A DNA stretch of 64,000 nt from Acidobacteriota bacterium (GCA_965263035.1 OZ253580.1:3168001-3232000); one strand, 5' to 3'. Shown: positions 28,269-37,914, numbered from the stretch's first letter. Numbers and translations are program-made. Notes: a model not told the origin generated them from the letters alone.

Positions 28269-28946
28269 CTAATCGGGTGTCTTTCGGATCTTCAGGTGCT
28301 TGCGGATCCAGCTCTGGTCCTGCAGTTTGATGTCGTAGTCCTTCCGCAACGGAAATCCATGCCAGTCGTCGGGAAGGAGAATCCGTTTCATGTCGGGATG
28401 GCCGGAGAACAGAATCCCGAACATGTCGTAGACTTCCCGTTCCAGCCAGTCGGCGGTCTTCCAGATGGAGGTCATGGAGGGAACCGGATCGTCCTCCTTC
28501 ACCCGGCTCTTGAGGCGAACCAGCTTCTTGGTCGCGTAGGAATAGAGCTGGTAGACCATCAGGAACCGGTCCTGATCCCCCAGATAGTCCAGGGCCGAGA
28601 CGTCGATCAGGTAGTCGAAAGGCGATTCGGGATGGTCGCGCAGGGCGAGCATGACGTCGTAGAGGACGCCCGGCGTCACGGTGTAGATGCTCTGGCCCAG
28701 GAAAGACTGTCCCGAGAGGATCTCGCCCGGAAACTCCTCCCTCAGGCTTTCCAGGACCGCATCGTCCTTCAGGTCTTCGTAGCTCGGCCCCTTCTTTCTC
28801 CTTTTCCGAAGCGGCCGCTTGCGAAGAGGCCGCTTGCGAACCGGCCGCTTCCGCGCGGGACGGGCAGCCCGGGTCCTGGGGCGCCGCGCCAGCTTCGGCT
28901 TCTCGCCGTCTGAGTTGGTCTTCTTCGCCCTGGTCTCGTCGTCCAT
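28269..28946 (-). CDS. nuoC: NADH-quinone oxidoreductase subunit C with polybasic N-terminal extension
   Basis: [40 protein letters not shown]. Start ATG 28946 or TTG 28952. Confidence 0.95.
   Translation of the reverse strand: MDDETRAKKTNSDGEKPKLARRPRTRAARPARKRPVRKRPLRKRPLRKRRKKGPSYEDLKDDAVLESLREEFPGEILSGQSFLGQSIYTVTPGVLYDVMLALRDHPESPFDYLIDVSALDYLGDQDRFLMVYQLYSYATKKLVRLKSRVKEDDPVPSMTSIWKTADWLEREVYDMFGILFSGHPDMKRILLPDDWHGFPLRKDYDIKLQDQSWIRKHLKIRKTPD
28811..28855. repeat. 15-bp tandem repeat (3 copies) in nuoC
   Basis: gcggccgcttgcgaa / gaggccgcttgcgaa / ccggccgcttccgcg, encoding RKRP(V/L) three times on the minus strand. Confidence 0.8.
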
Positions 28947-28982
28947 TTTCAAGAGGGGTTGGGAAGGGCTTCCCGGGGGAAG

Positions 28983-29471
28983 CTAGCTGGCCCGCGGCTC
29001 CGGCTTGTCCGTGATACTCATCAGATCGATCTTGTCCTGAAGCCGCATGAGCCCGTACAGGAGCGCCTCCGGCCGCGGCGGGCACCCTGGAATGTACACG
29101 TCCACCGGTATGACTTTATCCACGCCCTGCAAGGTCGAATAGGTGTCGAAAGGGCCGCCGGCGCTGGAGCAGGCCCCCATGGAGATGACCCACTTGGGAT
29201 CCGGCATCTGCTCGTAGAGCCGCTGGATCACCTCGGCCATCTTCAGGGTTACGGTTCCGGCCACGATGATCAGGTCGGACTGGCGCGGCGAGGGCCGGAA
29301 AATGCCGGCTCCGAACCGGTCCATGTCGAATCGGGAGGCGCCGGTCGCCATCATCTCGATGGCGCAGCAGGCCAGACCGAAAGTCATGGGCCAGAGGGAG
29401 GACTTCCGAGCCCAGTTGAAGACCGAGTCGGCCGTCGTGGTGATGACGTTCTTCTCTATGCTCCGGTCCAT
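28983..29471 (-). CDS. nuoB: NADH-quinone oxidoreductase subunit B
   Basis: [38 protein letters not shown]. Confidence 0.97.
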   Translation of the reverse strand: MDRSIEKNVITTTADSVFNWARKSSLWPMTFGLACCAIEMMATGASRFDMDRFGAGIFRPSPRQSDLIIVAGTVTLKMAEVIQRLYEQMPDPKWVISMGACSSAGGPFDTYSTLQGVDKVIPVDVYIPGCPPRPEALLYGLMRLQDKIDLMSITDKPEPRAS

Positions 29472-29571
29472 GTTTCGACCTCGGTCGGGTTGATCCGAAA
29501 CGGTCTGGGAGCCAGTGGTGAAAGTCCCGCTCCGCCCCGGTCGGGTTCAGCGGGTTTTGTACCATGGGCCC

Positions 29572-29931
29572 CTATGCCCATTCCAGTGCGCCCTTTTTCC
29601 ACACGTAGAAATACCCCACGATCAGGATCCCCAGGAACACGACCATTTCGATGAATCCGAAGAGGGCCAGCTTGCCGTAGATGACCGCCCAGGGAAAGAG
29701 GAAGATCGTCTCCACGTCGAAGATGACGAAGAGGATGGCGATGATGTAGAAGCGCACCGAAAATCGGCCTCTGGCGTCGTCGATGGGGTCGACGCCGCAT
29801 TCGTAGGGCATCAATTTTTCGGCAGTGGGCAGATGGGGCCGAAGGAGCCTTCCCACCAGCAGTCCCACGACGGGAAGGGTGATGGCCACCAGGATGAAGA
29901 TCAATATGGGAATGTAGGATCCGAGCACCAC
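29572..29931 (-). CDS. nuoA: NADH-quinone oxidoreductase subunit A
   Basis: PYECG, FVIFDVETIFLFPWA, WKKGALEW. Confidence 0.97.
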   Translation of the reverse strand: MVLGSYIPILIFILVAITLPVVGLLVGRLLRPHLPTAEKLMPYECGVDPIDDARGRFSVRFYIIAILFVIFDVETIFLFPWAVIYGKLALFGFIEMVVFLGILIVGYFYVWKKGALEWA

Positions 29932-29983
29932 TAACTCCTTGGGGAGAGTCCCATCCGGGACCCGTTCGCCGTACGGGTGCCTA

Positions 29984-29992
29984 TTCTAGCAG
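29984..29992 (-). promoter_or_regulatory. Extended -10 element upstream of the nuo operon
   Basis: TGcTAGAAT on the minus strand about 50 nt upstream of nuoA; RBS AAGGAG before the GTG. Coordinates approximate to 1-2 nt. Confidence 0.5.
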
Positions 29993-30145
29993 ACCGAATC
30001 CCGGCGTTCGACAAATCGCTTGAGGACTGTCGTTAGTACGTGTTTGCATCCGGAGAAGACCCTGCCCCGAACTCGCGAAGAGATCCCGGACCGGTGTGAG
30101 TTGGCGGGAGGCCGCGAGCTCCGCGGACATCATCTCTCCCTACGG

Positions 30146-30595
30146 CTACAGATTTTGGAGATACGTGAAATTGAAAGCGGCTTCTTCTCCCTTCTGTAGA
30201 GCGGCACTGTAAAGCTCGAGGTCGACGGTGATCAGTGGCCTTTTCGCCGAGACGACTCCCAAGAGCCCGGCGTCGGTCAGCCCCAGCCGAGTGAAAGCGG
30301 CATTGTCCGCTGCAGTTGTGCTGGTGACGATGATCTCGTGGCTGATTTCGATGAGCTTTCGGAGTTGCTCTAGAAATCGAGTGTCTTCACGCTGTTCGAG
30401 ATGGTTGGACGCTTCGGTGAGCGTATTCGGAGTAACGAATATCCGGACGTCCTGGATTACCGTTACCAGGCGGTCGTAATCTTCCGGAACAAATGTCCGG
30501 GTCCGGCGATGTTTCGTTACCAGCCTTCGGTCTACTGATCCGACCACAAGGAGGACGAGAAGGTTTGCGTCGATGAACGCTTCGGTGAGACGCAT
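30146..30595 (-). CDS. PIN domain-containing protein (putative ribonuclease/toxin)
   Basis: Four acidic PIN positions: FIDANLL, VTPNTLTEASN, LGLTDAG, LITVDLEL. Confidence 0.8.
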   Translation of the reverse strand: MRLTEAFIDANLLVLLVVGSVDRRLVTKHRRTRTFVPEDYDRLVTVIQDVRIFVTPNTLTEASNHLEQREDTRFLEQLRKLIEISHEIIVTSTTAADNAAFTRLGLTDAGLLGVVSAKRPLITVDLELYSAALQKGEEAAFNFTYLQNL

Positions 30596-30599
30596 TGGG

Positions 30600-30869
30600 T
30601 CAGTTCGAAGCCGTCAGAGTGCGATGCGTCACGGATCGAACTTCACCAGAGAGGTCATCGACATGAACGATCTTGAAAGTTCGTTCGGTGTTCAGGGGGA
30701 GTAGAAACGACGGTCGAACAAAGCTGATGGTTACTTTCCAGGTAGGTGGTCCCTCCGTAAACCTGATCTCTTCCAGCCTTGGATCCCGGATATTTTCACC
30801 CGCAAAAATTGTGACGATGCTCTCCTTCGCTTTTTTCACGGCTTCTCTCACGTCCATTCGGCCGTTCAT
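30600..30869 (-). CDS. Small hypothetical protein, partner of the PIN gene
   Basis: ATG 30869 after GAAGGAG; ends 4 nt before the PIN start. MDVREAVKKAK...RLEEIRF...WKVTISF...FKIVHVDDLSGEVRSV. Confidence 0.75.
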   Translation of the reverse strand: MNGRMDVREAVKKAKESIVTIFAGENIRDPRLEEIRFTEGPPTWKVTISFVRPSFLLPLNTERTFKIVHVDDLSGEVRSVTHRTLTASN

Positions 30870-31260
30870 GGTTCCACCATCTCCTTCCTCCAGCCGCACA
30901 TTTCATTCTCTCACCTCCCTAACGACGAGACCACTGGGATCATGAGCAGTATTTGAAACCGAGAACTTTCGGCATTTCGAAAGCCCATTTCCATATGCCG
31001 GCACCTGATCCCAGCCTCCGCCAGCCCGGCGGTACGGCGTAATCCGGTCGATATTGCAGGGCCTCCGTCGCCAATTCTTTGCCCTCCTTCAGTGGTAGCC
31101 GACCACATCGATAACGGTGACCGAACCAAGGGTCTACATCTCCTTCGGCTGCGTGTGGCCTTGGGCCAAGGAAACGAATTGCATCAACCCTGACGCGCTT
31201 CGGGTTTGTCTTCCACTGACATGTACAAGCTTGGGGAGGTGGTGTTCTGGAAGGATGAAA

Positions 31261-31313
31261 TAATTTCTCCGTATTATAAGTTGAATAATATCGTAATTTC
31301 TCTCTATAATAAG
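31261..31313 (+). promoter_or_regulatory. AT-rich sigma70 promoter overlapped by two direct repeats
   Basis: TTGAAT (31281-31286)-N18-TATAAT (31305-31310). Repeats TAATTTCTCCGTATTATAAG and TAATTTCTCTCTATAATAAG match 17/20 with a 33-bp period. Confidence 0.7.
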
Positions 31314-31329
31314 GGTATTATGAAAGGCC

Positions 31330-32682
31330 ATGGAAACCGCTCTTCCTCGCCTCAGACAAGTCTTCGGTGAGCAACTCACCGACTCGGTTCGCGCACCCCT
31401 ACCCGCACACACCCGCCGCCGCCTCTTCCGCCGCGTGCAGCTTCCCGGCAAGGTCACGGCGATCGTCGGGATGCGCGGCGCCGGAAAGACCACCTTCCTG
31501 CATCAGATCCGCCGCGAACGTATCGACCGGGGCGTCCCCCGGGAGCGGCTGCCTTACCTTACCTTCGAGGATGAGCGCCTCGCCGGCGTCGAAGCCTCTC
31601 ACCTCGCGGTGCTGGTCAGCGAGTACCATCGCCGGTTTCCGCAAGCCTACGACGACGGTGCAACCGTTACCTGGTTTCTCGATGGGATACAGGCGGTGCC
31701 CGGATGGGAGCGGTTCGTCAGGCGGATCCTGGACACCGAACGAAGCGAGGTGTTCGTCACCGGATCGTCCGCCGCACTGTTCTCGCCGGAGAGCGCCACT
31801 CCGCTTCGGGGCCGGGCGTGGCAGCTCCTGATCCATCCCTTCAGCTTCGAGGAAGCGCTTCTCCGTCAGGGACGATCCGTCCCGGAAGGAACGCCTGTCG
31901 CCCTGCTGACGGGCCGCGAGCACTGGAAGCTGGAACGGGCGTTGTTGGATTGGCTCGAAACCGGCGGCTTTCCGGCGGTGCAGGGACTCGATCCGGCGAC
32001 CCGGCATCGGCTCCTGCGGGACCATGTGGACGTGGCCCTGCTGCGGGACGTGGTGGAGCGCCACGAGGTCCGCAACGCGGCGGGTCTGCGCTGGCTGGTA
32101 CGGCGCCTGTTGGGACACGCCGGGTCGGGGTTCAGCGGGGAGAAGTTTCACAAAGCGCTCAAGTCGCAGGGAATCTCGATCGGGAAAGACACCGTGCATC
32201 GGATCCTCTCCCACCTCGAGGACTGTTTTCTGGTGAGGTTGGTGTGGATGGAGTCCAATTCGGAGCGCCAACGCATGGTGAATCCGCGCAAGGCGTATCC
32301 GGTCGATCCGGGTCTGATCCCGGTGTTCGATCGGACCGGACCGGCGGATTCCGGCCCCGCGCTGGAGACGGCGATACTGGTGGAGTTGGAGCGGCGCGGA
32401 TTCGAGGTGACCTACGTGCGCCTGCCCGGCGGGAACGGAGCCGCCTTCCTCGCTCGCGGCACGGTCGGCGACGTCGAGCTGATACGAGTGTGTGCCGACC
32501 TTTCCGATCCGGCCGCCGCGGCCCGTGAATTCCGCGGGCTCGCCGCCGCGGGCACTCGATTTCCCCGGGCCCGCAAGAGGTTGCTGGCGCTCACACGGGA
32601 CCGCCTCCCCGCCGAGGCGCCGGTCGAGGTGGAGGTCCAGACCGCGTGCGAGTGGTTGCTGGAGCCGCCTCTGCCGGGGTGA
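31330..32682 (+). CDS. AAA_14 / DUF4143 family ATP-binding protein with degenerate catalytic motifs
   Basis: Walker A GMRGAGKTT, FEDERL, VTGSSA, LRGR, PFSFEE, GGFP, LLRDVVERH, NPRKAYPVDPGL. The Walker B position reads FLDGIQ. Confidence 0.85.
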   Translation: METALPRLRQVFGEQLTDSVRAPLPAHTRRRLFRRVQLPGKVTAIVGMRGAGKTTFLHQIRRERIDRGVPRERLPYLTFEDERLAGVEASHLAVLVSEYHRRFPQAYDDGATVTWFLDGIQAVPGWERFVRRILDTERSEVFVTGSSAALFSPESATPLRGRAWQLLIHPFSFEEALLRQGRSVPEGTPVALLTGREHWKLERALLDWLETGGFPAVQGLDPATRHRLLRDHVDVALLRDVVERHEVRNAAGLRWLVRRLLGHAGSGFSGEKFHKALKSQGISIGKDTVHRILSHLEDCFLVRLVWMESNSERQRMVNPRKAYPVDPGLIPVFDRTGPADSGPALETAILVELERRGFEVTYVRLPGGNGAAFLARGTVGDVELIRVCADLSDPAAAAREFRGLAAAGTRFPRARKRLLALTRDRLPAEAPVEVEVQTACEWLLEPPLPG

Positions 32683-32684
32683 CG

Positions 32685-32795
32685 GGAGGGGCGACTTTCT
32701 TGTCGCCGACTCTTGGACTTGCCTTGTGATCGCTGGGGAGGTCGGCGGCAAGAAAGCCGCCGTTCCCATTCGGCGATTGGAAATCGCCGCTCCCG
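32685..32795. repeat. REP/REPIN-like cluster of three palindromic units between convergent genes
   Basis: GGGAGGGGCGACTTTCTTGTCGCCGA, followed by inverted units TCGGCGGCAAGAAAGCCGCCGTTCCC and TCGGCGATTGGAAATCGCCGCTCCC. Confidence 0.65.
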
Positions 32796-33749
32796 TCACC
32801 CCGGCGGGTTGCGGGCCAAGATCTCCTCGTAGTATGGGATGGTCCGCTGGAGTCCCTCCTTCAGGCCCACGAACGGATCCCAGTCCAGATGCCGTTCTGC
32901 CCGGCCGATGTCGGGGCGCCGCCGGACCGGATCGTCCACCGGAATCAGTCCGAACCGGATCTCGGATTTCGAGCCGGTGAGTTCCAGGATCAGTTCCGCC
33001 AGCGACAGTATGGAACACTCGTGGGGACTGCCCAGGTTGACCGGTCCAGGGACCCAATCGGCGTCCATGAGTTGCTCCAGCCCCGCCACCAGATCGGAGA
33101 CGAAACAGAAGGAGCGGGTCTGGGAGCCGTCTCCGTAGACAGTCAGGGGCTTTCCCCGTAGCGCCTGGACCACGAAGTTGCTGACGACGCGCCCGTCCAC
33201 CTCCGACATTCGGGGTCCATAGGTGTTGAAGATGCGGGCGATCCTCACGTCGACGCCGTTCTGGCGCTTGTAGTTGATCATCAGGGACTCGGCCACTCGT
33301 TTTCCCTCGTCATAGCAGCTTCGAGGGCCGATGGGGTTCACGTTGCCCCAGTAGTCCTCCCGCTGCGGATGGACCAGAGGGTCGCCGTAGACCTCGGAAG
33401 TGCTGGCCTGGAGGATCCGGGCCCCGACCCTCTTGGCCAGACCCAGAAGGTTGAGGGTGCCCATGACGTTGGTCTTCACCGTCTTGACCGGGTTGTACTG
33501 GTAGTGCACCGGCGCCGCCGGAGAGGCCAGGTTGTAGATCCGGTCCACCTCCAGCAGGATCGGCTGGGTCACGTCGTGGCGGATGAACTCGAAGTAAGGG
33601 TGTTCCAGGAGAGGGAGGATGTTGCGCCGGGTGCCCGAGAACAGGTTGTCCAGACAGAGCACGTCCGCGCCCTGCCGGAGCAGCGATTCGCAGAGGTGGC
33701 TGCCGATGAATCCGGCGCCTCCCGCTACCAGTATCCGTTCCCGGATCAT
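32796..33749 (-). CDS. UDP-glucuronic acid decarboxylase family NAD-dependent epimerase/dehydratase
   Basis: [45 protein letters not shown]. Start placed at ATG 33749 because the upstream extension is REP sequence. Confidence 0.93.
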   Translation of the reverse strand: MIRERILVAGGAGFIGSHLCESLLRQGADVLCLDNLFSGTRRNILPLLEHPYFEFIRHDVTQPILLEVDRIYNLASPAAPVHYQYNPVKTVKTNVMGTLNLLGLAKRVGARILQASTSEVYGDPLVHPQREDYWGNVNPIGPRSCYDEGKRVAESLMINYKRQNGVDVRIARIFNTYGPRMSEVDGRVVSNFVVQALRGKPLTVYGDGSQTRSFCFVSDLVAGLEQLMDADWVPGPVNLGSPHECSILSLAELILELTGSKSEIRFGLIPVDDPVRRRPDIGRAERHLDWDPFVGLKEGLQRTIPYYEEILARNPPG

Positions 33750-33776
33750 CCTGTGACCCTCCGGTCGCGTGGACAC

Positions 33777-33914
33777 GTAGGGGCGCCCCTTTTGGGCGCC
33801 CTCCTGCTTCCCGACGGCTTCAGTATGGCATTGGTGACCGCCGGAGTCAGCAACGGTGCTTTCCGTTGCCGTTGCCTTCTGAAAATCACGTAAGGGCGCC
33901 CCTTTTGGGCGCCT
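33777..33914 (+). repeat. GTAG-type REP direct pair
   Basis: GTAGGGGCGCCCCTTTTGGGCGCCC (33777-33801) and GTAAGGGCGCCCCTTTTGGGCGCCT (33890-33914), 113-bp period, both preceded by CAC. Confidence 0.75.
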
Positions 33915-34001
33915 TCTTTCGTCCTTGCCTGCCACCTTGTTTCCTTGGGAGTTCGGCGGCGAGATAACCGTCGCTCCCCGTGTCTTCTATAATGCACGCC
34001 T

Positions 34002-36092
34002 ATGGCCGATCCAGAGGGGATCTCCTACGCGGGCGTGACCTACGGGGAGGCGGCGCCCTCCTCCGCCCGGTTCCGGCTCAGAAGTCCGTTCTCTCCCAGC
34101 CGGGATCAGGATCGGGCCATCGAGCAGTTGGTCCGGGGCATTCGGGAAGGCCGGCGCAGCCAGGTGCTGCTGGGAGTCACCGGGTCCGGCAAGACCTTCA
34201 CCATGGCCCAGGTCATCGAACGGATCAATCGGACCGCCCTGGTCCTGAGTCACAACAAGACTCTGGCCGCGCAGCTCTACCAGGAGTTCCGGAACTTCTT
34301 CCCCAAAAACGCGGTGGAGTATTTCGTCAGCTATTACGACTACTACCAACCGGAAGCGTACATCGCCTCCACCGACACCTACATCGAGAAGGAAGCCCTG
34401 ATCAACGACGATATCGACCGGCTGCGGCATTCGGCGACCCGATCCCTGTTCGAGCGCCGGGACTGCATCATCGTCTGCAGCGTGAGCTGCATCTACGGCC
34501 TGGGGTCTCCCGAGGCCTACTACGGGATGCTGCTCATGCTGAGCGAGGGCCAGCGGATCTCCCGGCAGTCGCTGCTGAGCAGGTTGGTCGACATCCAGTA
34601 CGAGCGGACTGATCTGGACCTGGCCCGAGGGACCTTCCGGGTCCGGGGGGACGTGGTCGAGGTGGTTCCGTCCTACGGGGACTACGGCATCCGGATCGAG
34701 CTGTTCGGCGACGAAGTGGACCGAATCTATCAGTTCGATCCGTTGACCGGGCAGACGCAGAAACGCCATCCCCGGATTCCCATCTACCCGCGGTCCCACT
34801 ACGTGATGCCCCAGGAGCAGCGGGAACGCGCCATGGAGAGCATCCGGGAAGAGCTGACGGAGCACCACGCCCGGCTCGAGGCGGAAGGACGTCTGATGGA
34901 AGCCGAGAGGGTTCGCCAGCGGACCCTTTTCGATCTGGAGATGATGCGAACCGTCGGCTACTGCCGGGGGATCGAGAACTATTCCCGCCACCTCACCGGC
35001 CGTCTTCCGGGGCAGTCTCCTCCCACGCTCATGGACTATCTGCCGAAGGAATCGCTCATCTTCATCGACGAGAGTCACGCGACCGTCCCCCAGGTCCGGG
35101 GCATGTACGCGGGGGACCGATCCAGGAAGTTGAACCTGGTGAAGTACGGGTTCCGCCTCCCCTCGGCTCTCGACAATCGACCCTTGAGCTTTGCCGAGTT
35201 CGAGCTCCGCCGTCCCCAGACCCTCTACGTTTCGGCCACTCCGGCCAATTTCGAGTTGGAGGAGTGCGGAGGGGAGGTGGTGGAGCAGATCATTCGGCCC
35301 ACCGGCCTCATGGATCCGGAAATCGCCGTGCGCCCGGTCTGCAACCAGATCGACGACCTGCTGGAAGAGATTCGGAGCCGTTCCGACCGGGGGGAGCGGA
35401 TCCTGGTCACCACCCTGACCAAACGAATGGCCGAAGAGTTGACCGAGTACTACACCGAGATCGGGGTCGCGGTCCAATACCTTCATTCGGAGGTGGATAC
35501 ATTGGACCGGGTCAAGCTCTTGCGGGATCTGCGCCTGGGCCGGTTCGACGTCCTGGTGGGAGTCAACCTGTTGCGCGAGGGTCTGGATCTGCCGGAGGTT
35601 TCCCTCGTGGCGGTGCTGGACGCCGACAAGGAGGGGTTCCTGCGCAGCGAAACGTCTCTGATCCAGACTTCGGGGCGGGCGGCTCGAAACGTCAACGGGA
35701 AGGTCATCATGTACGCCGACGTCGTGACCCGGTCCATGAGACGCGCCATTGAGGAGACGGGAAGACGCCGGGATCTTCAGCGCGACTACAACAACGAGAA
35801 CGGGATCACTCCGGAGAGCATCGTCAAGCCGGTGGACGCGACGCTGCTGGAGATGACCCGGCTGGACTACTATGAAATCCCGCTGGTGGCCGAGGAGGTG
35901 GACCGGTACGGTTCTGCCCAGGAGATCGAGCAGGAGATACTCAGGTTGAGCGACGACATGAGGAAGGCGGCTCAGGAGTTCGAGTTCGAGAAAGCGGCCC
36001 AGTTGCGGGATCGGATCAAGCTGTTGCGGGAAACCCATCTCCAGCTGGCAGGCGACCCGCAGGCGAACGGCCGGGGGGAGGGTGACGGATGA
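34002..36092 (+). CDS. uvrB: Excinuclease ABC subunit B
   Basis: [37 protein letters not shown]-terminal UVR domain FEKAAQLRD. Confidence 0.99.
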   Translation: MADPEGISYAGVTYGEAAPSSARFRLRSPFSPSRDQDRAIEQLVRGIREGRRSQVLLGVTGSGKTFTMAQVIERINRTALVLSHNKTLAAQLYQEFRNFFPKNAVEYFVSYYDYYQPEAYIASTDTYIEKEALINDDIDRLRHSATRSLFERRDCIIVCSVSCIYGLGSPEAYYGMLLMLSEGQRISRQSLLSRLVDIQYERTDLDLARGTFRVRGDVVEVVPSYGDYGIRIELFGDEVDRIYQFDPLTGQTQKRHPRIPIYPRSHYVMPQEQRERAMESIREELTEHHARLEAEGRLMEAERVRQRTLFDLEMMRTVGYCRGIENYSRHLTGRLPGQSPPTLMDYLPKESLIFIDESHATVPQVRGMYAGDRSRKLNLVKYGFRLPSALDNRPLSFAEFELRRPQTLYVSATPANFELEECGGEVVEQIIRPTGLMDPEIAVRPVCNQIDDLLEEIRSRSDRGERILVTTLTKRMAEELTEYYTEIGVAVQYLHSEVDTLDRVKLLRDLRLGRFDVLVGVNLLREGLDLPEVSLVAVLDADKEGFLRSETSLIQTSGRAARNVNGKVIMYADVVTRSMRRAIEETGRRRDLQRDYNNENGITPESIVKPVDATLLEMTRLDYYEIPLVAEEVDRYGSAQEIEQEILRLSDDMRKAAQEFEFEKAAQLRDRIKLLRETHLQLAGDPQANGRGEGDG

Positions 36093-37390
36093 CGCCCGGA
36101 CGAATCGATCCGGTCCAGGCTCCCCTCAAGGGCGAGGTCCAGGTGCCGGGAGACAAGAGCATCTCCCATCGCTACGCCCTTTTCGGGGGCATGGCCAGGG
36201 GAACGACCCGGATCCGCAATTTCTCCTCCAGCGAAGACTGTCAGGCCACCCTTTCCTGTATCGAGGCACTCGGAGTGGGAGTGGTGCGAGATGCGTCCCA
36301 GGTGGAGATCTCCAGTCCGGGATGGCGTCGTTTCACCGCGCCGGCCCGGGCGCTGGAGGTTCAGAACAGCGGGACCACCATCCGGCTTCTCTCGGCCCTG
36401 CTGGCGGCCGGACGATTCTCCTCCCAGGTCCAGGGGGACTCTTCTCTCAACCAGCGCCCCATGAAGCGCATCATGGATCCGCTGAGTCGAATGGGCGCTC
36501 GGATCGAAGCCCGGGAAGGCAGGTTCCCGCCTCTGCTGATCCAGGGCGGCCGGCTGACCGGGATCCGGTACCGGCTGCCCATCGCCAGCGCGCAGGTGAA
36601 GTCGTGCGTTTTGCTGGCCGGATTGATGGCCGAGGGGGAGACGGAGGTGGAGGAGACGGGGCCGTCCCGGGATCATACGGAGCGGGCGCTCCCCTTCTTC
36701 GGCGCCGCGCTGATGCAGAACGGAGCTCGCCTCCGGGTGCGGGGAGGCGCTCGACTCCGCGGCGTCGATTTCCGGATCCCGGGAGATTTCTCCTCCGCGT
36801 TGTTCTTCCTGGTGGCGAGCCTGCTGGTTCCGGGCAGCCGGATCGCCTTGAAGGGAGTCGGCGTCAATCCCACCCGGGCGGGTTTCCTCCCGCTGCTGGA
36901 ACAGGCCGGAATCCGAGTCGAGAGGTCCAATGCCACAGAGAACAACGGCGAGCCGGCCTGCGATCTGCAGATCCGCCCGGACTCCCAGGTCCGGAAGCAG
37001 TTTCCCAACGAGATCTCGGGAGACTGGGTGGCCCGGCTCATCGACGAGATCCCGGCGCTGGCCATTTTGGGGACCAGTCTGGAACGGGGGTTCACGGTTC
37101 GGGACGCCCAGGAGCTGCGCCACAAGGAGTCGGATCGGATCCGCTCGGTCGTGGTCAATCTGCGTCGCCTCGGAGTGGAGGTCCGCGAACTCCCGGATGG
37201 ATTCGTCATCCCTCCCGGCAGCCGCATCCGTGGCGGGGAGGTGCGGACCTTCGGCGATCATCGAATCGCCATGGCCTTCGCCCTGGCGGGTCTGGTGGCG
37301 GAGAGCCCGGTGGAATTGGATCGTCCCGAGTGCGTGGCCGTCTCCTATCCCGATTTCTTCCGGCACCTGGAGGGGGTTTGCCGCCGTTGA
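36089..37390 (+). CDS. aroA: 3-phosphoshikimate 1-carboxyvinyltransferase
   Basis: [46 protein letters not shown]. Confidence 0.97.
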   Translation: MTPGRIDPVQAPLKGEVQVPGDKSISHRYALFGGMARGTTRIRNFSSSEDCQATLSCIEALGVGVVRDASQVEISSPGWRRFTAPARALEVQNSGTTIRLLSALLAAGRFSSQVQGDSSLNQRPMKRIMDPLSRMGARIEAREGRFPPLLIQGGRLTGIRYRLPIASAQVKSCVLLAGLMAEGETEVEETGPSRDHTERALPFFGAALMQNGARLRVRGGARLRGVDFRIPGDFSSALFFLVASLLVPGSRIALKGVGVNPTRAGFLPLLEQAGIRVERSNATENNGEPACDLQIRPDSQVRKQFPNEISGDWVARLIDEIPALAILGTSLERGFTVRDAQELRHKESDRIRSVVVNLRRLGVEVRELPDGFVIPPGSRIRGGEVRTFGDHRIAMAFALAGLVAESPVELDRPECVAVSYPDFFRHLEGVCRR

Positions 37391-37914
37391 AGGGTCACCT
37401 CTACCTGGTGGGGTTCATGGGAAGCGGCAAATCGACCGTGGGGCCGATTCTGGCAGAGCAGTTGGGCCGGGAGTTCTTGGATCTGGACCAGCTGATTGAG
37501 GAAGCGGAGGAGACCGACATTCCCCGGATCTTCGATCTTCGGGGAGAAGCCTATTTTCGGGAGCTGGAGACCCGTATCCTGGCGTCCGTCCAGGATCGGC
37601 GGCCTGCCGTCGTCGCGCTGGGAGGAGGGGCCTTTTCCCAGGCGCCGAACCGCGACCTGATCTTCAAGAACGGAATCGCCGTGACCCTCCGGATTCCGCT
37701 GGAACTCGCCTGGCAACGTTCCACCGAGATGGACAACCGTCCTCTGGCTCGGGATCGGCAGCAGTTCGAAACCCTGTACGTCAAGCGGCAGCCGGACTAC
37801 GATCTGGCCGATCTGAAGGTCGGGGTCTCGGGGAGGTCCCCGGAGCGGATCTGCCGATTGATCCGGGATCGTCTCGAAACGGTTCACCGGATCCCGGATT
37901 ATTCCCGCTCGTAA
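37387..37914 (+). CDS. aroK: Shikimate kinase
   Basis: 3' part of ORF 36082..37914 from TTG 37387 (overlaps the aroA stop): LVGFMGSGKST, DLD, GEAYFRELE, ALGGG, RPL. Confidence 0.93.
   Translation: MKGHLYLVGFMGSGKSTVGPILAEQLGREFLDLDQLIEEAEETDIPRIFDLRGEAYFRELETRILASVQDRRPAVVALGGGAFSQAPNRDLIFKNGIAVTLRIPLELAWQRSTEMDNRPLARDRQQFETLYVKRQPDYDLADLKVGVSGRSPERICRLIRDRLETVHRIPDYSRS

Noticed and set aside
30911-31260. Short ORFs 30911-31129 and 31134-31493, or an ncRNA in this gap
   Set aside because: No recognisable motif or RBS. One ORF is antisense to the ATPase gene and its promoter. I could not support any RNA family.
33777-33914. Repeat pair as a CRISPR remnant
   Set aside because: Only two copies, an 88-bp gap, REP-like GTAG hairpin structure and no cas genes.
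33940-33954. TTTC-N7-GTTC upstream of uvrB as a LexA box
   Set aside because: One mismatch in an 8-base motif (GTTC-N7-GTTC); too weak to call without a genome-wide model.
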